The notes below the pieces were generated by a model. It was not told the origin of the DNA. It ran no database searches and saw only the letters and a list, made by a program, of their open reading frames with translations. This document shows, one piece after another, positions 62,043 to 64,000 of a stretch of DNA of 64,000 bases; the first letter of the stretch is position 1; every line of letters starts with the position of its first letter. The DNA is taken from positions 25,996,871 to 26,060,870 of the forward strand of contig NC_092676.1 of assembly GCF_964355755.1 (NCBI RefSeq), read 5' to 3'. Made by a program: the position numbers and the translations under genes. Source of the stretch: Antedon mediterranea. Its lineage: Eukaryota; Animalia; Echinodermata.

Positions 62043-62349
62043 ATTGAGTACTTTGCATTTGGATATGGCATATGTACAAATGATAAAACAAAGATTGATT
62101 AAGACATTTAATAGATTCAGGATTTCACAATACAGGAAGTAGAAATCTATGTGAATGGTGTGTTCTTATACAAAGATGAAAGAAATATATTGTACTAGGT
62201 ACAGTATTGCATACATGCAAAGCTATCTATAAAAGTCTACACTATATTTATATACAATTTATATTCTGTTACCACATTCAGAATAAGCACAAAAATTGCA
62301 TGGATACATAATTTCTAAAACTTGAGACTCGATTTTTAAAAACTGTTTT

Positions 62350-63900
62350 TTATGCCAAGCTAGCTAGCAATGGCTTGTAAATCTCATCTGTGGGTCGAAC
62401 CACTTTTTTTCCTGGGGTATAGACAACACCTCCTGGACCAGCCAATGAGGTTTCTCCCATTAAGTCTCTATCGACCTCTCTAGCCGCTTGCCGTCCTTCG
62501 TTGATAGCATGAACGATTAAGGATTGACCTCGCCGGCAATCTAAAAACAATAAAAAATTTTCAAAGGAAAAAAAAATATTACCGTATAAATAATAGGATT
62601 ATCCAAGTATTTTATTAATTGTACAAATTATCGGTTGAATATGTGTAACTTACCTCCCGCAGCGTAAACCTTCGGTAAACTTGTTTTATATTTTCCAGTT
62701 GGCGTTTCAATATTTGTCCGTGCGTCTTGCTTTATCTCCAACTCATTAATAATGCGATTTTCTGGTCCTAAGAAACCCATAGCCAACAAGACTAGGTCAG
62801 CTTTAAATGTCTTCTCAGAGCCAGAGCATTTTTCCATAGTGAATCGGCCGGTTGGCTCGCGCTTCCACGATACTTGCATCGTTTGTATCCCACTAACGTT
62901 GCCGTTTCCATCATTAAGAAATTCCTAGGACAAAGAAAGAGGACAAAAAAAGATGAGGTAAATTATATGATGACATTATTTACGAGGGCGTAATCTGATA
63001 TATACAAACCAACAAAAACTGAACAAGTGTTAATTCTTACCTCACTGAGAATGTTAAAATTGCGCGGATCTTTATTTTGTCTTAGTTTTACTTCTTCATG
63101 AGCGTAGTCAACTTTGAAGACTCTAGGCCAAGTTGGCCACGGGTTGTTAGCAGCTCTCGTGGGTGGTGGTTGATCCAAAATTTCAAAAGTAGTAACAGAC
63201 TTGGCATCCTAGCAAAAAATGTAGTTATTGTTAGAATTATTGATTAATTCATTACTGTAGTTGTAAAGTACACAGTATGTAAAATAATCCTTTTTATTTC
63301 AAATAAAAAACCTAAGAACGTAACAAACATCCCATGTCACAGGACCAAACATATGCAGGGCAAAACAAAACAACAAATACAAATCACTTAAAATAACAAG
63401 GTAAAAATGAAAAAAAAAAGGCTGTAGGATGTCCTGACAAACTACATCCTAAATATAACTAAACCTAACCCTCTAAATAATCTCTGTCACATAAAGTAAA
63501 AAGAAGTTGCTCATGGGATTCGAACCCATACATCAAAATGTAAAGTCCATAGTCTAATCCACTCGACTACACAGACGGTTCGACAGAAAGCATTTGCATT
63601 AGCGAATTGTAGTTAGATCAATTCTTACGTCACATCTTATGGATATGACTAATGAATATTCATGTTTATTTTGTGACGTTTCATGAGGGGTCCCCAACTT
63701 ATGTATGAAAAGAAATATCGCGTCCTGACTGCTTACCAATCTAAGAGATGTCCCAATACAGTCTACACCAGTATCTCCTCCACCAATTACAATGACATCC
63801 TTACCCTTCGCATCCACATGATCAATATCATTACCCATTTGTTTTTTCTGCCATCCTTCTAAAAATGTCATAGCCGTATGAATGCCCTCTAGGTGGCGCC
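62350..63900 (-). CDS. GLT1: Glutamate synthase [NADH], C-terminal (GltD-like) exons, 5'-partial
   Basis: Exons 63900-63737 ([17 protein letters not shown]), 63208-63041 ([18 protein letters not shown]), 62924-62654 ([19 protein letters not shown]), 62540-62350 ([24 protein letters not shown]). Confidence 0.96.
63510..63578 (-). mobile_element. tRNA-derived SINE head remnant
   Basis: The reverse strand has A-box TAGTCGAGTGG and B-box GGTTCGAATCC but no valid cloverleaf. Similar remnants at about 21535-21600 and 10700-10760. Confidence 0.5.
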
Positions 63901-64000
63901 CTGTTGAAATATTATGATATTATAATTAATATATTAAACATTTTATATATATTAGACTTGTTGATGTAAAACAATAAATTAAATAAATTAGAGAATAAAT

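Noticed and set aside
61417-62142. Hydrophobic repeat ORFs (SFFLVLILFCISIEIQPLIPTAL)n
   Set aside because: Translation of a 69-bp minisatellite, broken by variable T-run frameshifts.
63510-63578. tRNA gene (also about 21535-21600 and 10700-10760)
   Set aside because: A/B-box-like sequence only; acceptor and anticodon stems do not pair, so these are SINE heads.
62350-63900. Glutamate synthase as a horizontal transfer
   Set aside because: Spliceosomal introns are present, and NADH-GOGAT is normal in many invertebrates (lost in vertebrates).

Overview
AT-rich, intron-rich animal genomic DNA. It is probably an invertebrate deuterostome such as an echinoderm; this is inferred from the Deu/Nin-type SINE and a retained NADH-glutamate synthase. 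Five spliced genes were assembled by hand with phase-consistent GT-AG introns: the 3' part of an adhesion GPCR (+, 1133-19086); MYG1 (-, 20551-23220) head-to-head with LAS1L (+, 23478-41086); a Regnase/ZC3H12-type NYN ribonuclease that also has N4BP1/KHNYN-like KH domains (-, 45480-58003); and the 3' end of glutamate synthase (-, 62350-63900). The most striking item is an intact single-exon 740-codon ORF (-, 32231-34453) nested antisense in LAS1L intron 9. It derives from a Penelope-like retroelement, but two of the three RT catalytic aspartates are Asn, the DKG motif is replaced by an in-frame acidic repeat, the GIY-YIG/CCHH endonuclease core is kept, and the N-terminus looks like a mitochondrial presequence. 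It is a candidate domesticated PLE gene. Introns hold many MITEs (nested and stacked), SINEs, hAT- and Kolobok-like elements and minisatellites, including repeats that copy splice sites. A satellite built from palindromes lies between LAS1L and the Regnase-like gene. All family assignments come from motif recognition by eye, not database searches.
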